From an uncultured Bacteroidota bacterium (GTDB lineage Bacteria; Bacteroidota; Bacteroidia; Bacteroidales; JAAUTT01): a stretch of 64,000 nt of DNA. Shown here piece after piece: positions 10,381 to 20,700 of the stretch (its first letter is position 1; every line of letters begins with the position of its first letter). The DNA lies in NCBI GenBank assembly GCA_963766305.1, contig CAVYAE010000071.1, positions 19,054 to 83,053 of the forward strand. Reading direction: 5' to 3'. The notes under the pieces are model-generated. The model worked only from the letters and a program-made list of their open reading frames with translations, had not been told where the DNA came from and did not search any database. The position numbers and the translations under genes were made by a program.

Positions 10381-10620
10381 AATTCTGCAAAGTTTGTTCT
10401 ATAAAGTCCGATAATTTATTATGATGAATAACTACTATCTTATATTCAATCATATAATTAATTTAGATAATTTTATATGGCATCAGCTCGGACATATTTC
10501 CCGTGTTTAGCTTTTGGTATCGTTGGGAGATGCCAGCACGTCCGAGAATAAGTCAGGGCTGCATTCCATAGTTTACTTATAAAATTTAATAGAAAAAGAA
10601 TTTATATCTATGTCAAATAT

Positions 10621-10803
10621 ATGCATATGAGCACTAAAACTATAAAACCAACAAAGGAAAAAAGTTGGGCTCTTCCTGGGGTTAAACTTACACACAAGGA
10701 ATTCCTTGAAGGAATAAAAAAAGCCGAAGAGGGACCGTTTTATAATTTTGAAGAACTTCATGCAATACGCAAAGAATGGAGGAACTCAAATAAAAACACG
10801 TAG
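10621..10803 (+). CDS. small protein, possible antitoxin of decayed downstream ParE/RelE-like gene
   Basis: 60 aa, immediately precedes the ParE-like remnant; assignment by position only. Confidence 0.3.
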   Translation: MHMSTKTIKPTKEKSWALPGVKLTHKEFLEGIKKAEEGPFYNFEELHAIRKEWRNSNKNT

Positions 10804-10820
10804 TATTTTCCTGACTATAT

Positions 10821-11006
10821 GCTTTAGATACAGAAGAAATAAGTGATTAAGGTATATAGACATTTGGAAAAATTCAGGCAAATAAATATGAAGAATTTAT
10901 TAACCATACAATAAATGATTTGTCGTTTAGCTATTTGATGTACCCAAAATGTAAATGGTTAACTACAAAAGGCCGAATAAGAACCGCGCGCATTACTAAA
11001 ATTTAA
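10821..11006 (+). pseudogene. RelE/ParE-like toxin remnant with in-frame stops
   Basis: Frame reads ALDTEEISD*GI*TFGKIQANKYEEFINHTINDLSFSYLMYPKCKWLTTKGRIRTARITKI*, resembling the A..D...I..Y...fG..qA..Y...i...i..L layout of ParE toxins; two internal stops. Confidence 0.3.
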
Positions 11007-11092
11007 TGTTTCCCCTGTTCTATTTCTTTTGCAATGATCAGGCTATCGCAATAATCCGGGTTTTTTGATATAGCTTGTCTATTGCTTTTATA
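10976..11092. repeat. direct repeat copy 1 (~117 bp) flanking the DUF4160/DUF2442 cassette
   Basis: Aligns with 11738..11855; long identical runs such as aaaatttaatgtttcccctgttctatttcttt and gcaatgatcaggctatcg. Confidence 0.85.
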
Positions 11093-11113
11093 GAGGTTCT
11101 TCCAGTAAACAGG

Positions 11114-11353
11114 TCATAATTTTATCGAATCAAGATAAAGTGTATCTGGAGAAATATCGATATCATCGTTCCAACAAACAGTTTTACCGTTGCCTACAGT
11201 TGCTTTATAGAAATTATTCCCAATTGTTAAATATTTAAAAACCGGTAAATGCAATAATGGCTTTACATCATATATCCCTTTTTCTCCATTTGTAAACTCA
11301 AGTAACAATGTGAAGTCTTTATTAGGTATAACATTTTTAATCCTTGGGTTCAT
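11114..11353 (-). CDS. DUF2442-family small protein
   Basis: 79 aa; ...FTLLLEFTNGEKGIYDVKPLL...W..DIDISPDTLY matches my recollection of DUF2442 proteins; 7-nt gap to the DUF4160 gene. Confidence 0.7.
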   Translation of the reverse strand: MNPRIKNVIPNKDFTLLLEFTNGEKGIYDVKPLLHLPVFKYLTIGNNFYKATVGNGKTVCWNDDIDISPDTLYLDSIKL

Positions 11354-11360
11354 TGTGGTC

Positions 11361-11630
11361 TTACTTTAAAGGTTCTATTTTAAAAATTGCTTCGCCTCTT
11401 ACTGCCAATTTCCAGTCTGCCATTAAATCATCTTCATGTATAGTTATCCAAGCTTGTACCAGTTGCATTTTTTTAGTTGGGATTTCACCCTCTAGTATTC
11501 TTCCTGATGGAATTTCGACAATAGCATTATATTCATTGAATTCAACATGAATATGCGGTAAATTATGTTGCTTATTATCGATGTAATACATGTAAATTAT
11601 TATCCCATAAAACATTGATATGGTTGGCAT
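11361..11630 (-). CDS. DUF4160-family small protein
   Basis: MPTISMFYGIIIYMYYIDNKQHNLPHIHVEF... is the characteristic DUF4160 N-terminus; ATG at 11630 preferred over the track start. Confidence 0.75.
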   Translation of the reverse strand: MPTISMFYGIIIYMYYIDNKQHNLPHIHVEFNEYNAIVEIPSGRILEGEIPTKKMQLVQAWITIHEDDLMADWKLAVRGEAIFKIEPLK

Positions 11631-11737
11631 AGTATTTAATTTTTTTGCAAATTTAGTATTAAACAGACAAACAATCAAATAAAATCAGAACGAATAGGAG
11701 TGCTGCGGATCTTTCATGTTAAATCAATTATATATCC

Positions 11738-11855
11738 AATAAGAACGGCCCGCAATATTAAAATTTAATGTTTCCCCTGTTCTATTTCTTTCGCAATGAT
11801 CAGGCTATCGTAATAATCCGGTTTGGTTTGATATAGCTTGTCAATGGTTTTTATA
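11738..11855. repeat. direct repeat copy 2 (~118 bp)
   Basis: Aligns with 10976..11092; this copy keeps an open minus-strand frame ending ...KLYQTKPDYYDSLIIAKEIEQGKH*. Confidence 0.85.
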
Positions 11856-11943
11856 TCCTTTTGTGTACTTTGATTTTTATGCAAATTATATGCAAATGCA
11901 AACAGCCACCTAAAAGCTTTACCTTCTAAGTGGCTGTAATTGA

Positions 11944-12020
<77 letters not shown>

Positions 12021-12128
12021 TTTTTAATCAAAAAAAATAAATCCTGTTAAAATTATTTATTTCTTTTATTTTTGGGATTGCAATATTACATATTTGAAGT
12101 TAATTATCAAAAACAAATACAAATATTT

Positions 12129-12785
12129 ATGTTATTAAAACTCAACTCTGGTAAACTCCAAATTGACCAAACACAACTATCTGGAATTAAAAATATTATC
12201 TTTGATTTAGGTGGAGTGATTATAGGGATACATGAAGATTTACTTGTAAAAACATTTAAACAAATAGGATTTACAAATTTTAATGATTTATATGCTGAAA
12301 TCAAACAAACTCCATTATTTGAACTTTTTGAAACCGGAAAAGTACCAGCCCAGTCATTTAGAAACGAACTTAAAAAATTTAAAAATAATGTTACTGATAC
12401 TCAGATTGATTTTGCCTGGAATGCCACTGTTGGTGATATACCTGACATAAATATAGACCTTGTTAAGAACTTAAGACAAAGTTACAGAACCTTCCTGCTA
12501 AGCAACACCAATGTTATTCATATGGATTGTGTGTTGAATAACTTTAAAATAAAATATGGATATAACCCTCTTGAAGAAATGTTTGAACAGACATATCTGT
12601 CCTATGAAATCGGGTTGCGTAAACCAGATAAAGAATGCTTTCAATATATACTTGATAATGCAGGTATTAAAGCCAATGAAACATTGTTTATTGATGATAT
12701 CCTTTCTAATGTTAAAGGAGCAATAGAAACGGGATTAATGGGCTATCATTTAAACCAGGGAACAGTTGCAGAACTTTTTGAATAA
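12129..12785 (+). CDS. HAD-superfamily hydrolase
   Basis: Motif I FDLGGVI, later LSNTN and FIDD (motif IV); ATG 12129 preferred over TTG 12072. Confidence 0.7.
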   Translation: MLLKLNSGKLQIDQTQLSGIKNIIFDLGGVIIGIHEDLLVKTFKQIGFTNFNDLYAEIKQTPLFELFETGKVPAQSFRNELKKFKNNVTDTQIDFAWNATVGDIPDINIDLVKNLRQSYRTFLLSNTNVIHMDCVLNNFKIKYGYNPLEEMFEQTYLSYEIGLRKPDKECFQYILDNAGIKANETLFIDDILSNVKGAIETGLMGYHLNQGTVAELFE

Positions 12786-12895
12786 TAAAACTTAATTTTA
12801 AGTGCAGCATAAATCCATAATCTTAAGACCATTATCCTAAATCCATAATCTTAAAAAATTATCTTAAACAATTATCCTAAATTCGTCCACAGTAA

Positions 12896-13561
12896 TTATC
12901 TTATATCTTCCACAACCTGGTTCAAAAATTTATTAAAAGGGAATAGAGCTTTAAAAACCTTTGAAGTATATACGGATAAATCAGGCCCTGTTAGAATAGC
13001 TTCTGGTAAAGGTGTAGAAACTGTATAACTCTTATATTTAAGTAAATCTATGTGTGGCCAGTCTTTAGGATAATCTTTTGGTACAGTTTTAAGTACACTT
13101 TCGTTATCTATACTGTCGAAATATTTTTTAAATTCTCCAGATTTTATTATTTGAATAAACTCCTCTGTATTATGATAAATTTCATTTCTGATTGCTTTTA
13201 AAAGGTCGGGTTGCGGCATCCATATTCCGCCGGCTAACAAAGAATTACCGGGTTCAAGGTGAAAATAATATCCTCCGTTTTCACTTTTACGACCTCCCCT
13301 GGCTATAAAAGCTCCAAAATTTGTTTTATAAGGTGTTTTATCTTTTGAAAAACGAATATCCCTGAAAATTCTGAATGTACAATCCTTTGGTTCCAGGAAT
13401 CCTAAAGATTTATCAAATTCACCAATAAGGGTAATAAGCTGTTTTACAAAGATTTCAAACTCTACTTTGGCTTCTTCGTACCGAGGTTTATTTTCATGAT
13501 ACCATTCTTTATAATTATTCTCCTTTAATATAGATAAGAAACTTATTGATTTTTCGAGCAT
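12896..13561 (-). CDS. DUF2461 (TIGR02453-like) family protein
   Basis: NNYKEWYHENKPRYE, FRIFRDIRFSKDKTPYKT, GGYYFHLEPG typical of this family. Confidence 0.7.
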   Translation of the reverse strand: MLEKSISFLSILKENNYKEWYHENKPRYEEAKVEFEIFVKQLITLIGEFDKSLGFLEPKDCTFRIFRDIRFSKDKTPYKTNFGAFIARGGRKSENGGYYFHLEPGNSLLAGGIWMPQPDLLKAIRNEIYHNTEEFIQIIKSGEFKKYFDSIDNESVLKTVPKDYPKDWPHIDLLKYKSYTVSTPLPEAILTGPDLSVYTSKVFKALFPFNKFLNQVVEDIR

Positions 13562-13687
13562 AGGATTATAGTTTTAAAAATTAGATCTATATTCAATAAC
13601 TGTAAAATTTTTACTAAAATTGATAAATCTTATTACATAAATTCAAAAATAATATCATTTTTACTCAAAAACTAAATTCTGAATAAA

Positions 13688-14356
13688 ATGATTTCAAGGT
13701 ATGTTTTAATTGTTGCCGGTGGTTCGGGAGAACGCATGAAATCTGATATACCGAAACAGTTTATAGAGATAAATGGCAAGCCATTACTAATGCATACCCT
13801 GGAAGTGTTTTATAATTTTGACATAAATTTGTCTGTTGTGGTTGTGTTGCCTGAAAATCAAATCTCTTATTGGCAGGAGAAATGTCAGAATTTGAATTGT
13901 AACATCAGGCATAGCATAATAAAAGGGGGTGAAAACAGGTTTCAGTCAGTCAGGAACGGACTGACAACAATTCCTGATGAAGGTATTGTTGCCATACACG
14001 ATGGAGTACGCCCTTTTGTAACAAGAGAAACTATATCCAGATGTTTCTCTGAAGCTGAAATATTCGGAAATGCCATTCCTTGTATTCCAATTCACGATAC
14101 AGTACGACTAGTTGTAAATGATACTTCTGCAATAATTGACAGGTCAATGTTAAGGTCCATCCAAACTCCCCAGGTTTTTTTAAATAAAATTATTAAAGAA
14201 GCATTTAACCAGCCCTATATAAATTCATTTACCGATGATGCCAGCGTCTTCGAAAAATCAGGTGGTAAGGTTCATCTTGTGGAAGGCAACAGGGAAAATA
14301 TAAAAATTACTGATCCCTTTGATCTTACCCTCGCAAAATGTCTGTTAAATATTTAA
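13688..14356 (+). CDS. ispD: 2-C-methyl-D-erythritol 4-phosphate cytidylyltransferase
   Basis: VAGGSGERM...PKQF, HDGVRPF, IKITDPFDL motifs. Confidence 0.85.
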   Translation: MISRYVLIVAGGSGERMKSDIPKQFIEINGKPLLMHTLEVFYNFDINLSVVVVLPENQISYWQEKCQNLNCNIRHSIIKGGENRFQSVRNGLTTIPDEGIVAIHDGVRPFVTRETISRCFSEAEIFGNAIPCIPIHDTVRLVVNDTSAIIDRSMLRSIQTPQVFLNKIIKEAFNQPYINSFTDDASVFEKSGGKVHLVEGNRENIKITDPFDLTLAKCLLNI

Positions 14357-14540
14357 TTTTTATTACCCTTTTATCGGCAAAAATCCTCAATTCACCGAAT
14401 AAGCATTAATTACATAAACTTTTTACCCATAAATTTGAACAAATACATTTAAAGTTTATTTATATAATAAACGAGTAACACTGTGGAAACTTTTGGCACA
14501 ATATTTGTTTCCTAAGTGTCCTAAGTTTATATTTTTTATA

Positions 14541-15164
14541 ATGCACGATGAATTAATAAATATCCTGGGTAAGGTTAAGGTCCTTTATAACAAATACGGC
14601 ATACGCAGCGTAACTATGGATGATGTTTCCCGTGAATTGGGTATATCTAAAAAAACGCTGTATCAATATGTAAGGGACAAAACTGAACTGGTTGAAAAAA
14701 TTGTCGAACTTGAAATAGAAAAATACAGTTGTTTTTTGGAACAACTGGTTGAAAGGAACCTCAATGCTATTGAAGAGCTCTTTGAAGTTCAGAAAATGAT
14801 ATCCCGGATGCTCAGGGAACATAATCCTTCCCAGGAATATGACCTTAAAAAATATTATCCTGAGCAGTATGCACAAATTCTCAAAATAAGACGCGAAAGG
14901 ATGTATACAAACATCCTTAATAACCTAAAAAAAGGCAAAGCAGACGGATTATACCGCAGCGAGCTAAATGAAGAAATAATAGCCAAAGTTCAGCTGTTGA
15001 GGATGGAAACCTCTTTTGATACCGAAATATTCACTTTGGAGGAAGTAATGTCAGCTAAGGTGTTTTTTGAAATATTCATATATCATATACGTGGTATCGC
15101 AAATGATAAAGGAATAGAATTACTTGAAAAGAAACTGAAAGAATTGGAAAATAATAACATTTAA
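14541..15164 (+). CDS. TetR/AcrR-family transcriptional regulator
   Basis: N-terminal HTH YGIRSVTMDDVSRELGISKKTLYQYV; sits directly upstream of the efflux operon. Confidence 0.75.
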   Translation: MHDELINILGKVKVLYNKYGIRSVTMDDVSRELGISKKTLYQYVRDKTELVEKIVELEIEKYSCFLEQLVERNLNAIEELFEVQKMISRMLREHNPSQEYDLKKYYPEQYAQILKIRRERMYTNILNNLKKGKADGLYRSELNEEIIAKVQLLRMETSFDTEIFTLEEVMSAKVFFEIFIYHIRGIANDKGIELLEKKLKELENNNI

Positions 15165-15177
15165 AGCAATTTTGATT

Positions 15178-16617
15178 ATGAAATGGTTACCAGGTAGTAC
15201 ACTTGCCCTTGCGTTTTGGATGATAGCGCTTGGAGGATATAGTCAGGTGAAGAAAGAAGAAACAAAGGCACCTGACACATTGAAATTATCAGTTGAACAG
15301 GCACAAAAGTATGCATTGGAGAATAACAAATCTATTCTTAATGCAAACCTCGATATAGAAATGGCGAAGAAAAAAGTATGGGAAACTACAGCAATAGGAC
15401 TGCCTCAGATAAGTGGTAAATTAGCATTTTCTTATACACCTGAATTGTCATTATTAGTTTCAGAATTTTCTGGTTTTGAAACCCTTCCTTCCTGGCTATA
15501 TATGGCTGATCAGGAATTGAACAAACTTGCCCCAAAAACAGGATTTGGCAACATTCCCGCAGCTACTCCATCGGCACCAGTACCTGAAAATGATTATAAA
15601 TGGAACCTGGTAGGTGATCTGAATGTTAGTCAGCTACTTTTCAGCGGATCCTATATTGTTGGCTTACAATCTGCCAAAGTATATAAAAGCCTGTCTGAAT
15701 TAAACCAGGTAAAATCAAAGCAGGACGTGCTGGAGTCAGTTGTCAACAGTTATTTTAATGTGTTGATAGCTCGTGAAAACAAGGAAATAGTCGACTCTAC
15801 ATACCAAAACCTCCTCAAGACCTTATCTGATACAAAAGCTTTGGGTAAAAACGGTTTTGTGGAAGAAACAGATATCGACCAGCTGCAGATAACTGTATCA
15901 AACGTCAGGGTCACTCTCGACTTTATCATTAGACAACAGGACATAGCAGAAAAACTATTAAAAATCCAGCTGGGTGTTGACTTTAACAAACCTCTGACAT
16001 TAACCGATGAATTAAATTCACTTATTGATGCAATGTCATACGATAAAATACTAATGGCCGATTTTATTGTTGAAGATAATATTAATTACAAAATGCTCGA
16101 TGCACAGGTTAAAGCCAATTCATTATTACTAAAATTACATGAATCAGAATTTTTACCGGAACTATCAGCATTTTACCAGGGAGAAAAAATATTTAATCCA
16201 AACCAGTTTGCATTTAATGCTCCAAATATGATAGGTGTCAACCTGAACATTCCAATTTTCAGTGGTGGGGCACGAATGTCAAGGGTTGGACAGGCCCGTC
16301 TCGATTTGCAAAAAGCTATAAACACAAGGGACCAGAATGCTGATAATTTAAAGCTCGATTATTATAACAGCAAGTCAACCCTTCAAAATGCCCTTGATAA
16401 ATATCATACTGAATCGAGCAATATTAAACTTGCCAAAAAGATATACGACAGAGCTCTTATTAAATATTCCAACGGAGTAATATCAAGTACCGATCTTACC
16501 CAAATTCAAAACCAGTACCTGAATGCGCAATCGAGTTATTACACTGCAATTCAAAACCTGGTGGCTGCTAAAAATAAACTTGAAAAAATGCTGGCAAAAG
16601 GCGACTATAGTAAATAA
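15178..16617 (+). CDS. TolC-family outer membrane efflux protein
   Basis: Signal peptide, two-repeat coiled layout, first gene of TolC-MFP-RND set. Confidence 0.8.
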   Translation: MKWLPGSTLALAFWMIALGGYSQVKKEETKAPDTLKLSVEQAQKYALENNKSILNANLDIEMAKKKVWETTAIGLPQISGKLAFSYTPELSLLVSEFSGFETLPSWLYMADQELNKLAPKTGFGNIPAATPSAPVPENDYKWNLVGDLNVSQLLFSGSYIVGLQSAKVYKSLSELNQVKSKQDVLESVVNSYFNVLIARENKEIVDSTYQNLLKTLSDTKALGKNGFVEETDIDQLQITVSNVRVTLDFIIRQQDIAEKLLKIQLGVDFNKPLTLTDELNSLIDAMSYDKILMADFIVEDNINYKMLDAQVKANSLLLKLHESEFLPELSAFYQGEKIFNPNQFAFNAPNMIGVNLNIPIFSGGARMSRVGQARLDLQKAINTRDQNADNLKLDYYNSKSTLQNALDKYHTESSNIKLAKKIYDRALIKYSNGVISSTDLTQIQNQYLNAQSSYYTAIQNLVAAKNKLEKMLAKGDYSK

Positions 16618-16647
16618 GTTATTAATGAATCTTATAAATTACACAAT

Positions 16648-17763
16648 ATGAACACAATAAAAAAATTACCGTTTCTTTTGATTTTTGCAATTGTTGTATT
16701 CAGCTGCAAGCAGGATAAAATGGCTCAGCTAAATAAACTCCGTAAACAACAGGATGAGATAACCTCTGAAATTAACAAATTAAAACAAGAGGTTAATGAA
16801 CAGGGCAAGGAACAAAAAACCCTCCGGGTTACTGTTGAACCGGTCAAATCATCTGTTTTCAAACATTATATTGAGGTACAGGGTAAACTTGACGGAGAAG
16901 ATAATGTGGATGTTTTTCCGGAAGCCCAGGGTGTCATTGATGACGTACTTGTAAGCCCGGGACAGCAGGTATCAAAAGGACAGGCTCTGGCACACATCGA
17001 TAAAGGCCCTGCACGGGATCAGTTAAAAGCTCTTGAAACACAGTATCAGTTTGCAAGTGATACCTACGATAAACAACAAAGATTATGGGATCAGAAGATT
17101 GGCTCAGAAATCCAATACCTGCAGGCCAAAACAGCCAAGGAACAGTTGGAATCGCAGATTGCTGCAACAAAAAAGCAAATAGATATGATGACCATTAAAT
17201 CTCCTATTGATGGTACAGTAGAAGAAGTAAATATTAAAGTTGGCCAGTTCGCCTCGGCAGTGAGTCCGACACCACCCTTCAGGGTATTAAACTTCAGTAT
17301 GATAAAGGTTAAAGCTGAAGTGGCAGAAGCATATTCCCACAAGGTTAATGTAGGTGATGCTGTATTAATATATTTTCCTGATCTGGACAAGGAGATATCC
17401 GCTAAAATTACCTCGGCAAGCAGGTTTATCAACCCTACAAACCGTACATTCTCTGTTGAAGTACGTTTAGTCCCTGACAATATTGGTTTTAAAGCAAATA
17501 TGATTGCTGTTCTTAAAATTAACGATTACACGGCCACAAATGCAGTTGTTGAATCTGTAAACCTGGTACAGAATGACCCTACAGGAAACTTCGTATACGT
17601 TGCAGAAAATGAAGCCGGTAAAAACGTGGCAAAAAAAATGTACGTTGACCAGGGTCAGAGTTACAACGGACAGGTTGAAATCACCAAAGGATTAAAACCG
17701 GGAGATAAGATAGTTACATCCGGTTATCTTGACCTGGAACAGGGTGAATTAATTAGTTTCTAA
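16648..17763 (+). CDS. efflux RND periplasmic adaptor (MFP) lipoprotein
   Basis: Lipobox-like VFSC, coiled-coil segment, lipoyl/beta-barrel segments (SPIDGTVEEVNIKVGQ). Confidence 0.85.
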   Translation: MNTIKKLPFLLIFAIVVFSCKQDKMAQLNKLRKQQDEITSEINKLKQEVNEQGKEQKTLRVTVEPVKSSVFKHYIEVQGKLDGEDNVDVFPEAQGVIDDVLVSPGQQVSKGQALAHIDKGPARDQLKALETQYQFASDTYDKQQRLWDQKIGSEIQYLQAKTAKEQLESQIAATKKQIDMMTIKSPIDGTVEEVNIKVGQFASAVSPTPPFRVLNFSMIKVKAEVAEAYSHKVNVGDAVLIYFPDLDKEISAKITSASRFINPTNRTFSVEVRLVPDNIGFKANMIAVLKINDYTATNAVVESVNLVQNDPTGNFVYVAENEAGKNVAKKMYVDQGQSYNGQVEITKGLKPGDKIVTSGYLDLEQGELISF

Positions 17764-17783
17764 TAAACTCAAAGTTAAGTATT

Positions 17784-20700
17784 ATGGCAGAAAATAAATT
17801 TAAGGAGTTTAAACCTACAAGCTGGAGTATAGAAAACCGAATAAGTATATTTGTCCTGGCTTTTATCATAGCTGTTTTCGGGATAATAAGTTACATATCG
17901 ATCCCAAAAGAACAATTTCCTGAAATTATAATCCCGACAGTACTTGTCAATACGATTTATCCCGGCACTTCTCCTGCCGATATTGAAAACCTCATCACCC
18001 GTCCCCTGGAAAAAAATCTGAAAGGTATAAACGGTGTCAAGGATATTAAAAGTACATCTATACAGGATGTATCTTCAATAGTAGTGGAATTTCATACCGG
18101 TATTAAGATTGAATATGCAAAGCAGCTGGTTAAGGATGCAGTGGACAAATCAAAACCTGACCTGCCTTCCGACAGGAAAAACGATCCTGATGTTAAAGAA
18201 ATAGCTTTTTCAGATATACCAATAATGTATATCAACCTATCGGGTAAATATGGCCTCGACAGGTTAAAGAAATTTGCGGATCTTATGCAGGACCGTATCG
18301 AAGGACTTAAAGAAATTACCCGTGTTGAAATCTCCGGGGCTCTCGACCGCGAGATCCAAATCAACGTGGACATGTACAAGCTGCAGGCGGCAAACTTAAC
18401 TTTCAATGATATTATTAACCAGATAAGTAAAGAAAACATTACTATATCCGGGGGAAATATCAAACAGGAAGGTATGAGCAGGTCGGTGAGGATAGTCGGG
18501 GAATTTAAAGATATGGAGACAATACGTAATATTGTCCTTAGCACTTCCAAAGGAGCCCGAATATACCTTAAAGATGTGGCAGAGGTAAAGGATACCTATG
18601 CGGACCGCGAAACATATGCCCGTCTTGACGGGGAAAATGTTATTACCCTTAACGTAATTAAAAAAAGCGGGGAGAATCTTCTCGTTGCATCGGATAAGAT
18701 TAAAGATATAATTGCCGATATGCAGAAGAACAATTTCCCGTCGGACCTTAAGGTTGTGATATCTGCCGATACAAGTAAATTTACCCGTTCTACATTGTTT
18801 GACCTCAATAATACAATAATCATAGGATTCATACTTGTTACCCTGGTACTTATGTTCTTCATGGGTCTTACTAATGCCTTCTTTGTAGGTTTGTCAGTTC
18901 CATTATCCATGGGCTTGGCATATATTGTAATGCCAAGCATTGATTTTACCATGAATATGCTTGTAATGTTCTCGTTTATATTTGCTTTAGGGATAGTTGT
19001 TGATGATGCAATTGTTGTGATTGAAAATACACACAGGATATTCAAACGTTCTAAGATGGATATTGTCACTGCGGCCAAATTTGCTGCAGGTGAGGTTTTT
19101 CAACCAATACTTTCAGGTACTCTGACTACCCTGGCTCCCTTTTTCCCGCTTTGTTTCTGGCCCGGCGTAGTAGGTAAATTCATGTTCTTCATTCCTATTA
19201 CCCTTATTATAACCCTCTTTGCGTCTCTTATAGTTGCATATATAATAAATCCTGTTTTTGCAGTAACATTTATGAAACCCGATGAGGAAGAAGTTCAGAC
19301 AATGAGCCAGAAGAGGATTTTTACAACTGCAAGCTTAATTGCTGCCTTTGGTGTAATTCTGCATATAGCCCGGTTACCTGCATTGGCAAACTTTGTTTTG
19401 TTCATAGCCGTATCATTTATTGCACATAACCTGTTCGGTTACAAAGTTCTTTTACACTTTCAGCATTTTATAATTCCTAAAATACTAAACAGGTACGAAC
19501 AGTTCATTTCCTGGATACTGCAGAAAAGAAGACCATATCATTTGTTATACTCTCTTATTGCACTTTTAGTGTTGTCAATATTTTTTATGGGAGCATTTCC
19601 TCCAAAGGTTGTATTTTTCCCTGATAACGAACCTACCCAAATTTTTACTCTTATAAAAATGCCTGTAGGGACTGACGTGTCAACAACAGATTCGGTATGC
19701 CGGATAGTTGAAAAAAGGATATTTAAAGTAGTTGGGAAAAATAATCCCATCGTGGAATCAATTATTTCCAATGTGGCCAGCAATGCTTCGGAATCACAGT
19801 TCGACTTTGGCTCAACGACATCTAACAAAGCTAAGGTAACCGTTAACTTTGTTGAAACATCAAAACGTAACGGACAAAGTACAAGTAAATATCTTGAAGA
19901 CATTAGGAATGCAGTAAAAGATATACCTGGTGCTGAGATAACAGTCACCAAACCACAGGGAGGACCTCCAACAGGTAAGCCTATTAACATAGAGCTTATA
20001 TCCGATGACTTTCCAACTCTTATGAATACTGCCCAGCGATTTATCCTATACCTCGATTCAATAAATATTCCAGGTATAGAGGAGCTGAAAAGTGATTTTG
20101 ATAAGAATAAACCTGAGGTTATAATTGGTATAGACCGTGTACGGGCCAACCGTGAAGGAATATCCACCGGACAGATTGGAACTGAAATACGTACCGCTAT
20201 TTATGGCACTGAAGCATCTAAATACCGTGAAGGCGAAGATCAGTACCCTATACAGGTGCGTTATAAATACGACCAACGTACGAATATTGATGAGTTGCTC
20301 AACACCAAAATCACCTTTCTGGATATGAACTCAGGTACCATACGACAGGTGCCGCTATCTTCAGTAGCCAAGGTAACTTATCTGAATTCTTACAGCGGCA
20401 TAAACCGTAAAAATTCAAAGCGTATCATTACTGTATCTTCAAATGTTATAACAGGTGCCAATGCAAATGAAATAATTTCTCAGATAAAAAAAGCACTGCC
20501 CTCTTTCCAGAAACCTGACCTTGTAGATATAAAAATTACAGGTGAGCAGGAAGACCAGCAGGAATCGTCGTCCTTCCTGGGAATAGCAATGATACTTTCA
20601 ATATGTCTTATCCTGTTCATACTTATCACACAATTTAATTCCATATGGAAGCCTATGATAATATTAACTGAGGTGATATTTAGTGTTGTCGGGGTAATGC

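Noticed and set aside
10479-10546. Hammerhead-like core (CUGAUG and GAAA on the minus strand)
   Set aside because: The spacing between GAAA and CUGAUG leaves no room for the required helices and the CUGAUGA box is imperfect, so this is not a hammerhead.
11344-11550. 68-aa plus-strand ORF
   Set aside because: Antisense to the DUF4160 gene, whose N-terminal motif is unmistakable.
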